Of a DNA stretch of 64,000 nt, positions 28,585-41,767 are shown in pieces. Under the pieces are notes generated by a model. It had not been told where the DNA came from, ran no database searches, and was given only the letters and a program-made list of their open reading frames with translations. The position numbers were made by a program, and so were the translations under genes. This stretch comes from Paraspadella gotoi (Eukaryota; Animalia; Chaetognatha), in NCBI GenBank assembly GCA_051294375.1, contig CM119265.1, forward strand, positions 26,764,694 to 26,828,693, in the 5' to 3' direction. The number at the start of each line of letters is the position of its first letter. Positions within the stretch are counted from its first letter, which is position 1.

Positions 28585-31500
28585 CTACAGGATCCTTTGC
28601 TCCTCTCCTCTGAGATAAGTCGATGCGATATCAAGGTCGTTCTGCTGCCAATAGGCAGAGGCGTGACTCGACGGTAGATTGGAATAAGCGTGGACCGGCG
28701 TGCCTATGTATATTTCCATTTAAGAAAAATTTAAATTAAGTTTACTGTTCATTGGCGAATTAATTTATTTTTGAAATTAAAAGTATAGGTTTTGAGAAGC
28801 TAGATTAGAAAACGTACCAATTTATATTTCTAAACTAGTTGAAAATAAGGGGCTCGTCCGGGAGTCGAACCCGGGGCCTCTCGCACCCGAAGCGAGAATC
28901 ATACCTCTAGACCAACGAGCCAACTGAAAGAAAGGGGCTAACAAAAGACATCTGATTCTTTTTAGAAACAAACGACTTTCAAAAAAGGTTGGGATTTCAT
29001 TTGCGTTTGTATTTAATTGTTATTTTCCTTTTAATTATGAAATTATAAAAAAATAGAAAATCAAAGATGATTTATAGTGAGTCAATGTCAGCGAATAAAA
29101 TAAGTTGTTAAGATATGTTGTTTTGCAACAAAAAGTGGCCAGTGTGGGGATCGAACCCGCGACCTTGGCGTTATTAGCACCACGCTCTAACCAGCTGAGC
29201 TAACCGGCCTTACAATTTTTGATCCTAAAAACGGGAATAATTTTTATAATGGTTTGTTCTTTGTAAATCACGGGTAATTTCTTTATGAAATTNNNNNNNN
29301 NNCGAGCCAACTGAAAGAGAGTGGCTAACAAAAGACATCTCATTCTTTTTAGAAACAAACAACTTTCAAAAAAGGTTGAGATTATATTTGTGGTTGTATT
29401 TAATTGTTATTATCCTTTTAATTGATAAATTTTAAAAAAGTATAAAATTAAAGGTGATTTATAGTGAGTCAATGTCAGCGAATAAAATAAGTGGTTAAGA
29501 TATGTTGTTTTGCAACAAAAAGTGGCCAGTGTGGGGATCGAACCCGCGACCTTGGCGTTATTAGCACCACGCTCTAACCAGCTGAGCTAACCGGCCTCGT
29601 GCTTTTCTTTTCTAAAAACGGAAATAATTTTTATAATGGTTTGTTCTTTGTTATTCACGGGTAATTTCTTTATTTATTTTTTTATCTTGGTGAAAGGTAA
29701 AACTTGAGTTAGAAACTCATTCCGACCTCACTCTTATCCCTCTCCGACCTCATAACCAACCCCATTCCGACTTCAACCCAACCCCACTCCGACCACAACC
29801 CAAAACTCCACTTCAACCTCACCCCCAACCCTACTCCGACCTTATCCCAACCCTACTCCGACCTCAACCCCAGCTAGACTCCGACCTCATCGCAATCCCA
29901 CTCCGACCTCACCCAAAACTCCACTCCGACCTCACCCAAAACTCCACTCCAACCTCACCCCCAACTCCACTCCGACCTTACCCGTATTTCTCCGCAGCGT
30001 CTCTCCACCCGAAGCGACGAATCGAGTCGAACTCGTCGGATGATTTCTCATGATTCCTGTGGTCACCATGGAAACGCCGCCGACGCCGCCGCCGACGCTG
30101 CCGCTGCCGACACTGCCGACGCCGACGCTCGCCGTAGTTTTAGCACCGGAATAATCTGTATTTAAAGAAAATTGAAATAGAAATAAATATTATTAATTAA
30201 AATTGCAACTGTAAAACCACGAGGAGATTCATTCTTGTAGTATTATTAGTATTATTAGTATGAGTACAATTGGCTAACTTTTCATCTCGTTGGACCCAAT
30301 GGTCAAGGGTTCTATAACTGGTTTTAACGGTACTTCATAAAGAGTTACGGGCCGTTACTGTACAGCACCGGTATCAACCACAGCACTGGATTAAAATAGC
30401 GTGTTAATATATTTTAAAAATTATATTTTTAAAATTAAAAAAGCGCTTAGTTTCCAGAGTTAGTTAAGAGCGATTAGTTATCAAACGTCTGTATCACCGT
30501 GTGTCTGTCTGTCTGTCTGTCTGTATTTTCTTACCTGCAGCCATAGCGCGCATTTCATAATGATGACTGGTTGGCGCCACGACTTGCCTGAATAAAATAG
30601 GATACAGAAAGAACATTCTAATGTACATCTAGAAACATTCTCAAAAAGCTACGAAAAATATGTTACAAGTAAAATCTCATTTCAATGTATGAATTTTTGA
30701 AAAAGTGATAATTTTTAAAAAATATTCAATACTTTTTTGAAATATTACTTTAATACTACTTCCTTGTACTAATGACGCTTTATATTGTTTTTTAATTATT
30801 TTTATTTATTTAATTTTAGCGTCTCTCACCATCAGCGTTGTATGACATCACTCTCTGTCGATTAAATGCTTAATCACATGGCACCCTGTCACCCGAACTT
30901 CAACTTCTACTATCATTGTCATCCACCCAAATTATTCGCACTATCGATTACTGTCAACCAAGCTGTCGTCCAATTAAAACAATCAGTGTCAACCAAGCTG
31001 TAACCCATTTAAAACAATCTGTCAACGAAGCTATCATCCAATTAAAACAATTTGTGTCAACCAAGCTGTAACCCATTTAAAACAATCTCTGTCAACCAAT
31101 CTGTCACCCAATTAAAACAATCTCAGTCAACCAATCTGTCACCCATTTAAAACAATCTCTGTCAACCAAGCTGTCACCCATTTAAACTAATCTCTGTCAA
31201 CCAAGCTGTCACCCAATTAAAACCATCTCAGTCAACCAAGCTGTCACCCAATTAAAGCAAGTTTTCACCGACCTTACAACAATCAACGTCTACCAAGCTG
31301 CCATTCACAACTATCACTGTCATCTAAGCTATCAGAAAAAACCTATCACAGTCAAGGTGACAATCACCTCATCGTGGGAATTCCGCTCGTGATGTCTTTC
31401 AAATTGTATCCCTTTGACGTCGCTGGCGCCGCCGACGCCACGCCACCGGAAGTGGCGTGGCTGGGCGAGGCCGCGGGCGCCGGCGCCCCGCGTCCGCCCG

Positions 31501-31743
31501 CGGCACCAGAAGCGGCGTGACGCGGCGGCTGCGGCGGAGATCCTGCGTCGAAGGGATGGAGTTCTTGTTGGTCGCCTGATGAAGACAGAGGAGTCTAAGT
31601 TAATATCAAATATTGAGAGAAGTTAATATTGAATAGATTACAATATTGTAGTTAGAGAAAAGTTTCAATTGTTTTTAGCAACGATTTATTTTAGTTAATA
31701 CTGTAGTTAATATGGTTAATATAAATAGTTAATATTAAAATTA

Positions 31744-31841
<98 letters not shown>

Positions 31842-34800
31842 TAATATTATTTATTATTATTATTTATTTATTTTATCTATAGTAATAATAGTAGTTGATA
31901 TTGCTAAATTATAAAAATGAATAAATTAAAACTGTTTTTAATATTTTATTAGTTATTATTTATCATTATCTATTTATTATTATAAATTATTATAATATAA
32001 TTAATATATATTTCTTTAATCTTTTACTTTCTCTCTCTCATAATTTTTTTAACCCGCCACCTCTCCCCAAATCTCTCTCGCTCTCTCTCTCCTCTTTTTC
32101 TTTTCCTCTTCCCCATTTCTATCCCGCAATTCCCATCAGACTTCCCCTTCTCCTCCCCTCCTCCCTCTCTCCGATCATAGCTTCGAATAAGGGCTCTGAC
32201 TCTGATAGCCTAATCCCCTCCTCCTTCTCCTCCTCCTCCTCCTGCTCACTCCCCCTGCCTCTCTCCCCTTTTTATTCCTGACGCTTTCTTCACCCCATCT
32301 CCCTATTTTCCCTCTTTTTCCATCACCATCACCAGCCACTGGGATTGCTGATTGCCGCAACTTCTTCCTTTTGCTGCGTTGATAAAAAACTGCGGCAAAG
32401 ACGAGGACGTTAAGAACGACGAGCGTCGCTCCGACTGAAAGAGGGAGGATAGCGATCGATCAATCCATCAATCAACCAATCAATCAACCAATCAAACAAT
32501 CAATCAAATCAATCAAACCTGCGACGAAAATACTGATGGTAGAAGGAGAGTCGAGAAAGGAGGACGTTTCCGTTCTCGTTACTCCCGTGTTTCCAGATTC
32601 GCCTGAACGAAAATTCAATCAAACGTCGATCTACTTCAACTGACCAACCACTTGGGATTTCGGCTCTGTATTCCAAAAGCGCCCCTCTAAACTCAAATGT
32701 AATTTTAATTATTAATGCTAATCAATAACTAAACTTGTAACCTAATTATTAACCCCAACATTATGCCATAATCATTAATATTGAACTGTAACTCCTAATC
32801 CTAAGTCATTAATCCTAATCCTAATTAATTACCTAATTAATAATTAATAATTAATAAGTTAATTAATAATCCTAATCCTAACCCTAAGTCCTTAATCCTA
32901 ATCTTACTTAATAACCTAATTAATATTTAATAATTAATAACCTAATTAATAAACCTAATCCTAATCCTAACCCTCAGTCCTTAATCCTAATCCTAATTAA
33001 TAACCTAATTAATAACCTAATTAATAATTCTAATCCTAACCCTAACCCTCACCCTAAGCTCTTAATCTTAATCCTAATTAATAACCTAATTCATAATCCT
33101 AATCCTAACCTTAAGTCCTTAATTCAGAAAATTTTATGAAGTAAAATATTTAATATTGATTGTTAAGTGTCATCTCATGCATGGAAGCCAATCCTGGACC
33201 ACCTACATCCCGGACGAAGAACAAGGGGGGGAGGGGGGATGAGGGATTAATCCCTTTTTGGTTGAAAGTTTCTCTCTCTCTCTCTTTCTCTCTCTCTGAG
33301 TCTCCTCCTCTTCCTCTCACCTTCTCTTATTTGTAAATAATTTTTTACCTCACCACAATTTCTCTGGCCTTGAATAATGAACCAGCTAAATGGTTTGAAT
33401 GCATGGTCTAAATAAAATTAGCACTGTTTCCCAAATCGATGTTTTTCTTAATATTTAATATTCTTTTTAAACTTATTTCCACTCAAACGATTCCTTCAAA
33501 ACTAAATTTCCAGCCTATTCACACACTTTCCTATCCACATAAAAAAATTCAAGTCAATTGCCCCATCCACTCTCGAGTAATTGGCGTTCAAATAGTGAAA
33601 TATATTTTTTTGTTTTTTCCATTTAAACTCATTTCCACTCGTACGATTACATCGAAACTTCGTATCCAGCTCAATCACNNNNNNNNNNAAGTATAATATT
33701 TAATATTCTTCAAGTAATTTTTAGTCGGATCTGCTTATCAGCATATCCCGACTCTATAATCCCCTTTGTCGGTCCGTCGGTCCGCCCCCTCAAACTTGTC
33801 GGGCATTCACTTAATCAATCAGTGAAACAGCTTTTTTGTTTTTTCCCCATTTAAACTTATTTCCACTCAAACGATTCCATCAAAACTAAATTTCCAGCCT
33901 ATTCACACGCTTTCCTACCCACACACAAAATTTCATTCGAATCCATCCATCTAACCACGAGTAATTTGAGTTTTTTGCTAAGGTGGGACGGACGGACATA
34001 CGGACAGACGTATAATTTATCATAGTTCGATGTTCTGACATGATCTAAGTGAATGCCCGACAAGATTGGGGGGGTTGACCGACGGACCGAAAAAGTGTTT
34101 TAGAATTTAAGACGAAAAGGGGCATTCTGGGAAAATTTCCAGGTCGTTGAGAGACCGCGGGGGTAAGTCGGAACTTACCGTCCAAACTGAAGAGAGTCGT
34201 CGTCGTCGTCGTCGCCGCGAGAGTGCTGCTGCTCAAGTTGGTCGTCGACGTCGACGAAGACCTTGATTCGGCGGGAAGGAATATGATTGGATGGAATTTA
34301 TTAAAGAATATAAAAGATGATTGGATGAAATTTTTGTTTACTATGGCTTATTTAAATAATATTAATTGCGTTAGAAAGTGAAATAAATAAATTAATATGA
34401 ACAAAATCAATGACGAGGGCGAGAACCACGATAAAAAAAAATTCATTGTATATAACAATAACTAATTTAATTTTATTTCAATGTATCCAATGTATCGACT
34501 AGCAACAACAACAACAACACTCACCCGTAACCAGCAGTAGTGAGTTTGACTGTTGTTTTGAGTTGCATTGCTTCGCTCGACGGCGCTACGGTCGTCGTCC
34601 GATCAACGGAGGGAAAAATCTTTTGAAAATCCAACTGTCGAACAAAAGACAATTCGATTATGAATTTATGAATGTCTCCTTAGACCTTAGACCCAAGATT
34701 AAAATTAAGTTTCTCTTATCAAATTCTGTCCCATTTATACTCAATTCGAAAAGCATCCTACAGAATTATGGTATATTTTGTTGTTTGCTTAACCGGATTT

Positions 34801-35177
34801 TTTCATAACATCACGTTTAATCTTGATTTGTGATTTGTTGCATGAGCGCTTCTTAGTAACATTACAGCCATTACTTTCTACCCGTTCCCACGCCCTTAGC
34901 CCCCATTCTTCCGCTCCCTTTCCCCCGCCCGGAATAGTCCTCTTTGCCCACCCCATGGCATGACTCCCATTGTCCGGCATGCCCGGCGTGGCTACCCTTT
35001 GTCCGTCCCTTTACCCGACCTGTCTCGTATTCTCGTCGAAACTTGACCGATTGGCGAAATCTGGTAGAAGATGAAATTTTGGCGCCAAATCATCGTCGCG
35101 GTGAAGTTTAGGGATCAAATCCAACCAGAGCATCAATTTGTGAACCCGGTAGTGATTGCGAGTTCGCGGGGAAAGCC
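28585..35177 (-). CDS. Nlgn: Neuroligin family cell-adhesion protein, 3' part only; exons 35177-35020, 34634-34525, 34261-34179, 32602-32519, 32434-(about 32250-32335), 31575-31368, 30587-30535, 30155-29982, 28703-28585
   Basis: Manual splicing with GT-AG sites gives: GLSPRTRNHYRVHKLMLWLDLIPKLHR (end of esterase-like domain, cf. KPRVRDHYRATKVAFW); an S/T-rich stalk (TTTVAPSS..SSSTSTTNLSSSTLAATTTT); TM segment ISIFVAVGATLVVLNVLVFAAVFYQRSKRKK (cf. [23 protein letters not shown]); then a cytoplasmic tail. Splice phases are consistent except around the GC-rich 31.4-31.6 kb exon. No 5' esterase-domain exons were recognised. Confidence 0.88.
28850..28921 (-). tRNA. tRNA-Pro (anticodon CGG)
   Basis: Reverse complement GGCTCGTTGGTCTAGAGGTATGATTCTCGCTTCGGGTGCGAGAGGCCCCGGGTTCGACTCCCGGACGAGCCC; 72 nt, cloverleaf, anticodon arm CTCGC-TT-CGG-GT-GCGAG. 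Confidence 0.97.
29136..29209 (-). tRNA. tRNA-Ile (anticodon AAT), copy 1
   Basis: Reverse complement GGCCGGTTAGCTCAGCTGGTTAGAGCGTGGTGCTAATAACGCCAAGGTCGCGGGTTCGATCCCCACACTGGCCA; intact A and B boxes. Confidence 0.97.
29523..29596 (-). tRNA. tRNA-Ile (anticodon AAT), copy 2
   Basis: Same sequence as 29136-29209. The region before it (from 29303) repeats the spacer and the 5' end of tRNA-Pro (cgagcc) right after an N gap. Confidence 0.96.
29718..29980. repeat. Degenerate C-rich minisatellite with 20-23-bp unit next to a neuroligin splice donor
   Basis: Repeated ccactccgacctcacccaa(aa)ct. The minus (sense) strand is rich in G runs. Confidence 0.85.
30952..31259. repeat. 35-bp minisatellite, about 9 copies (neuroligin intron)
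   Basis: Unit tgtcaaccaagctgtcacccaattaaaacaatctc. Confidence 0.9.
32790..33123. repeat. Degenerate (CCTAAT/CCTAAC)n telomere-like simple repeat; related tracts at 25930-26090 and 38350-38430
   Basis: Runs of cctaatcctaaccctaa; (ggttaa)n at 26040-26075. Confidence 0.75.
33440..34100. mobile_element. Non-autonomous Helentron/DINE-like element (family B) in a neuroligin intron
   Basis: Inverted repeat cttgtcgggcattcactt (about 33794-33812) / aagtgaatgcccgacaag (about 34047-34064); gactctataa followed by gtcggtccgtc microsatellite; internal duplicated block tttaaacttatttccactcaaacgattcc. Related actctataa-(gtcg)n ends at about 24480-24580(+), 55920-56030(-), 58540-58622(-), 63414-63500(+). Confidence 0.55.
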
Positions 35178-36315
35178 CTGTAGAAATGAAGATTTGTAAT
35201 TCGAATACGTGGTTTTCGTGTCGAAAAAGGTTGATCCTGTAAAATAAGTAAAGTTAAAGAGTCAGTGATGAAATAGAACCTCTCAAAATTTATNNNNNNN
35301 NNNNNNNNNNNNNNNNNNNNNNNNNNNNNNNNNNNNNNNNNNNNNNNNNNNNNNNNNNNNNNNNNNNNNNNNNNNNNNNNNNNNNNNNNNNNNNNNNNNN
35401 NNNNNNNNNNNNNNNNNNNNNNNNNNNNNNNNNNNNNNNNNNNNNNNNNNNNNNNNNNNNNNNNNNNNNNNNNNNNNNNNNNNNNNNNNNNNNNNNNNNN
35501 NNNNNNNNNNNNNNNNNNNNNNNNNNNNNNNNNNNNNNNNNNNNNNNNNNNNNNNNNNNNNNNNNNNNNNNNNNNNNNNNNNNNNNNNNNNNNNNNNNNN
35601 NNNNNNNNNNNNNNNNNNNNNNNNNNNNNNNNNNNNNNNNNNATTTTATTTTCTTTACTTTTCCTTTCCTTTCCTTTCCTCTATTTTTCTTTATCCTTCT
35701 TTTTTTCTTCTTTTTTTTACATTTTTTATTTTCTGTTTATTCATTTTATTTTCTTTACTTTTCTTTTCCTTTCCTTTCCTTTCCTCTATTTTTCTTTCTT
35801 TTTTTCTTTTCCTTTCTTCTCCACTTTTCCTTTCCTGTTTATTCATTGTATTTTCCTTTCCTTTATTCTTTTTCTATTTATTGCTTTCCTTTCCTTTCGT
35901 GTTTAACTTTTTCTTTCCTCTTTATTCATTTTTTTTATTTTCTTGTTTATTCCTTTCCCCTTCTTTCCTTTATTTTCTTACCTCTATTATCGATCTTTTT
36001 CCTTTTTTTCTCTTTTCTTTCTACATCTTTCTTCCTCCTTATTTCCTTCATTCCTTTTCTATCCTTTAATGTTTTAAAACTTACTTTCTTAATCCTTTCC
36101 ATTGTTCCCGAATACTTTAACTCACCCTTATCCTTAGTCATTACCCTCTCCAAATATTTCCCTCTCCCACTTCCACCCACCAAGCAACGACCACCTGATC
36201 GCTTTCTCCCCTCACGCCGCGTGACCACGTGATCCCAACTTCGCCTCCCACGCCTCAGTCACGTGACTTCCCGTCCCGCGCACGAGATATTTTCGGCCAA
36301 ATTAGGAACGTCTTA

Positions 36316-36379
<64 letters not shown>

Positions 36380-37549
36380 CACCAAATCGCGGTCATATCT
36401 CGTCAAGAACTTATGATTCTGCCATCAATGGTCTAGGATTTTTTTTTCTTCTCTGAATCGCAAGACGAAGAATGCCCCGAAACATCGTCGACGAATTTGC
36501 AATGCTCCTCAATGAGGGAGAAATTTTCATTGACTCCATTGAATGACCGACCTCGACCTCGGCCTCCTCCTTCTTCCTCCTCCTCTTCCTCCATCCACAT
36601 TCATCCCTTCCCCTCTCAATATTTCTCCTGTCCTACTTAAGTCCTACTTCCTCCCACTCGTTCACTTCAACTCCTGCATTCTCTTTCCTACTTTACTAAT
36701 GTTAATCACCATTTTTTCCACTATAAATTATCAGCCTATTCTTTCCTACCCTTCCTTCCTCTCTTCCTTTCCTCCCCCTCTTCTTCTCCGCTTCCTCCAT
36801 TTCCTCCCTCCCTCTCACTAAACTGGTTCTTCCTTACTCTCTCTCCTTTCTTCATTTTCTCCCCTTTTTCCCTCTCCTCATCTCTTCCTCCTTTCTCCCT
36901 CCACTCTTCCTCCCTTTCCCATCCTCCCTCCCATCCTTCCTTTCTTTCCTCCCCTTCTCCGACTCTTCCTCCCTTTCCTTCCTCCCTTCTTCCTCCACTC
37001 ATTCTTCTCCCTTTCTCCCCTTCAACGTCTCTTCGTCCCTTTCCTCTCCTCCCTCCCACTTTTTCCTCCCTTTCCCCCCTCCCTCCCACTCTTCTCCTTT
37101 TCTCCCCTCCTCCACTCTTCCTCTCCTTCCTCCCACTCTACCTCCCTTTCCCGCCCCTCCTCCCTCTCTTCCTCCCCTCCTTCCTTCTCCTCCACTCTTC
37201 CTCCCTTTCCTCTCTTCCTCCCACTCTTCCTCCTTCCTCCCTCCCTCCTTCTCCTCTCCTCTTCCTCCCTCCCTCCCTCTCCTCCTTCTCTCCTCCTCCC
37301 ACTCTTCCTCTTCCTCCCATCCTCTCCCTCTACTCTTCTCCCTTTCCTCCCTCCTCCCTCCCTCCCACTCTTCCCCATCTTCGGATATTTTAGGCATCGC
37401 GTTTTTTTCGCTTCCTTCTTTATGATGATTTCTTATAACCATAAGAGGCTCTGGTTCGGACGATAAGGAGGAGGAGGAAGAGGAGGAGGAGGAGGAGGAG
37501 AGCGAGTTTGGCGGGGCGGGAGGTTGCGGTAACGAAAATTTAAAACGGT

Positions 37550-37610
<61 letters not shown>

Positions 37611-39182
37611 ATAAGAAGATCCAGACAAGACAACATCAGAAACCGCAGCAGAGAGAAGACAGAAAGACAGAGACATCTGAGCGAGAAAGACAGAGAGACA
37701 AAGTGAGAGGCACCAAAAAATGGTCAAAAAAAAAAAAAAGTTCATTGACCGAATAAAGAGGGTGAGGTCGTACTTGAAAATTAAGATATGTATGGCGTAA
37801 TAATCAATACTAATGGTTTATTAGCATAATTCTTTTTTTCTTTTACTTTTCTTTCCTCCATTTTCATTCTTTTTATTTTCCCTTTTTTCCTTTTTCTTTC
37901 CTCCTTTTTCCTTCGTGTCTTTTCTTTCCTCCTTTTCCTCTTTTTCTTTTTCTTTTTTTCTTTTCTTTTTTTCTCTTCCTTTTTTTTTCCTTTTTCTTTC
38001 CTCTTTTTCCTTCTTCTTTTCTTTCCTCCTTTTTTTTCTTTCCTTCTGTCTTTTTCTTTCACTTCTTTTCTTTCTCCTCTTGCACGTTCCTCGCTTCCTC
38101 GCCTCTTCTTTCCTTCTATTTTTTTCCGTTCTTTCTTCTTTCCTCCTATCCTCCTTTTTCCTTCTTCTTTTCTTTCCTTTTTTGCTCACGTCTATCATTC
38201 TCTTTCCTCGTCGGCATGCGTCGGCGACGACGTCAGCCATTAATGGATCCGGGTTACAAATAGTGCGAGGATTTTCCCGTATTTAAAAGCGTCTCATTTC
38301 AGCTTAAAAAATTTATAAAGAATAGATTATTTTTAGATTTAAATATTAAGGAAGGGTTAAGGATTAGGGATTAGGTTTGGGATTAAGGCTAAAGAATATG
38401 TTAGGATTAGAGTTTTAAATTAGGTTTAAAATTGTTATATTGAAATTAGAGTTAAATATTATGGTTGTAATTAAATTTTGGCTTGTAGTCACAAAAATGT
38501 ACTCTTTGAGAAAAAAAAAAGTTCAGACTATTTTAAGGTAAATATGAAGAGAAAACCAAGTTTGTTTCTCTAAATAATGTCTATAGTTAAATAGAAAAAC
38601 GAAAGAAAAAAAATTTTCGACAGAAAAAGTATCTTAAGCATTTGAAGGATCCCGCGGCATCGCCTGAAGCATCTAGAAATCAAGGGCACAACGCAAACGG
38701 TCGTCCCTTTAGACCAAATGCGACCGCAATGGAATTTCATTGCAGATTTCAACGATGAATCATCCAAAAACCGAAAACAGTTCTTTTTCTTTTCATTCGC
38801 TTTTCTCTTTAATCCCGTTGGTCTTAAACTTTGCCACATTTCATTTTTTTTATGACCTCGTTAAATTTTTGGCGGCTTAAAAAAAAGGGGGGGGGAAGCG
38901 GGTAAGAGAAGGTTTGAAGTTTGGCAACCTCCTGACGCGAGTTTGCCTCACGCAGTTTTGAGATCACGTGAGAGAGAGTGAGCGTTATCGAGACTTTGAC
39001 TCTTAAGGGAGTGGTCCATTTAAACAATTGAAACCGTTTATTTAAAGTATTATTACGCTATATTATTGATAGGGAGTTAATAAACCAGACTGTGAGAGAG
39101 TCTTGATCGAAAGCTTGCAGATATATGCTATTCAATTATCTTGTAGAGAGCTGGAGGCTTTAACCAACTATAGCATGTCCAA

Positions 39183-39795
39183 TAAGGCGTAGTGAAAGTT
39201 ACATACGAAAATTCTAAAAGTCAATTATGAACAACATACCATCAGTGAACATTAATTTGTAAAAAAAATTAATTTTATGTTTTTTAATTTTCGCAGTAGG
39301 CTATATTTATATATAGTATATCCTTAATAAATCGAAAGATTTCAAAATAGGCTTTTCTTAATTTTGATTGCAGATCTGAATTCTCTCGTCAAAAGTTGAT
39401 AAAAGAAATATAATTCATTTTTAAAAATTCTTTCATTAAGTAGGTTAAAAATTAAAAAAACTATATTTAATATATAAAAAGTTAATTTTCAGTTTAAAAT
39501 ATAGCTTTTTCTAATTTTTGACCCACTTCATGAAGGAATTTTTCAAAAAGAGTTATATTTCTTTTTTTTTACAACTTTTTATGACGAATCCAAATCTGCA
39601 AAAAAATCTTAGAAAAAACTGTTTTTGAAATTTTTAACATTTATTGGTTTAGACTAGTAATATTGGCCTACTGCGTAAATTGTAAAATTTATTAAAATTT
39701 TTTTTTATACATAAATGTTCATAAGTATAATGTTGTTCGTTCCTCACTTTTAGAATTTTAATATAAAGTTAAACTTAGGAATTTACTACGCCTTA
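39183..39795. mobile_element. Degenerate foldback/MITE-like element with long inverted arms
   Basis: Ends taaggcgtagtgaa ... tttactacgcctta. Internal mirror pairs: aaaattctaaaagt/acttttagaatttt, cgcagtaggc/gcctactgcg, ttgcagat/atctgcaa, aagaaatataa/ttatatttctt. Centre near 39480. Confidence 0.8.
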
Positions 39796-40123
39796 ATTCC
39801 AAAAGATCCTGTGAACATGGATAAGCTTGTTTGATACATAGATTGATAATATTCATATTGATTTTACCCATTTTCATAATTAATGCCTTACCATTATTTT
39901 CTAATTCAAGTTCCTGGTGGCTGATGTCTAAAATATTTACCTTATTGCAACTTGAAATTCATTTCACCTAAATTTAATTTTAAAAAAAGATAAAAATTTC
40001 TTATCGATTTAAAACTTTTTTTCTTCTCCCGATGAATTCGGAAAAACGTTTTCTCTGGAGGATTTTTGAAAAGGTCAGATCGAAAGGTCTTTCTTTCTTT
40101 CTATCTTTCTTTCTTTCTTTCTT

Positions 40124-40158
<35 letters not shown>

Positions 40159-40272
40159 ATTCTTTTTTCTTTCTTTCTCTCTTTCTTTTCTCTCTCTCCC
40201 TTTCTCTCCTTCGATCTCGCGTAGACGATATATCCGGATTTTCGTCGCATTTTCCGTAATGGGTTCATTGGC

Positions 40273-40305
<33 letters not shown>

Positions 40306-41019
40306 TTATTGGCACGGTGGCGTCAAAAAGGCTCCCACAGCACTGAGGGCGTTGGTCCGAACTTTGCGCCTGGCACTTCCGGTCCGTCTCTCTCTCTTTC
40401 TCTCTCTCTCTCTCTCCCTTTTTCTTTATTTCTTTAGCTCTTCTTTATTATCTTAGTTTAATTTATTCTATTAATTCAATTATAAAAAGCTAGATGGCAT
40501 AATGTGACACTCATTCTTTTCACTGTCTTCTACTATCTTTCCTCCTCTTTTTTCCTCCCTTCCTCCTTTTTTTCTTTCCTTTCTTCCGCCTCTTTTTCCT
40601 CTCTTCCTCCTTTCAAAATCTCTCTCAGTCTCTTTTTTCAGTTCAGCTTTTACTCTTTTCTTTCTTCCTTCCTCCCCTTATTTCCTTCCTTTTCTCTGTC
40701 TCCTCTCCTCAAGCGCGACCTGCGCTTCTCCCTTCCTCTGTCTCTCCCTCTCCTCTTTTTCTTCCTCCCTTTTCCTCCTTTGTTTCCTTCTCTTCTTTCC
40801 TCTCCTTCCTTTCTTCCTCCTTCTCTTATTTTTTCCTCTTTCTCTCCTTCTCTTCCTCCCTCTCTTCCTTTTACTCCTCCCTCTCTTCCTCCTCCTTTCC
40901 TCCCCTTCTCCTCATTTTTTTTCGGTTATGAAGGAAAACAAGTCTTTGCGACCCCAACAAACGAGGGGCATTTTTGTAACCGTCGTCCGAAAGGACTTTG
41001 CCTCTCGAATTCATTAGCA

Positions 41020-41061
<42 letters not shown>

Positions 41062-41063
41062 AG

Positions 41064-41102
<39 letters not shown>

Positions 41103-41721
41103 GAGACTCCTCCGATCTCGCGAGATTCAACTCAGGGAGATAATCGTATGTATTTCGTCGGTTCACGATTTTCTGGGGGAAGTTTGTAGCCGACTTTTTT
41201 TTTGGCTTCCTGTTCTAGGCACCCGATGCGACTGATCGGAAATAATTAGAAAGAATATATTTTAAAATATTATTGATTAAATTATAATAGTTTTTTATTA
41301 ATTAAATAATATTTTTTTAAAATTATATCGCAGATGGAATCAGAACCAAAAGCAGAATCGGATCCACAACTTGGGTGAAATCCACCAAGGACTCTCTGAT
41401 TAAGCTTTACGTGCTTAACATTGAATTAAATAATTATTATAGTAGCAATTTGGGGTAAACTTAGTCTGGTAACTAAAGGGTTTAGAGTTACTTTCTATAA
41501 ACCAATTTATCATAAGAAAAAAAATTTAAAGTTAAAATTTAAAATTTTATCCTTATAGCTGGTTTACTAGTTTAATAAGGCAATTTAACTAAATAATTTT
41601 TTTTTAAATTTTAAAATCTAAATATTGGTATTATTTTATTTTTAATAATTTTATTTATTTTAATTTTATAAATTTTAATAAAGCATAATCTTTAAAAAAT
41701 TATTAATTAATTTTAAAAAAA

Positions 41722-41767
<46 letters not shown>

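Noticed and set aside
30952-31259. CRISPR-like 35-bp repeats
   Set aside because: Contiguous minisatellite without spacers, inside an intron.
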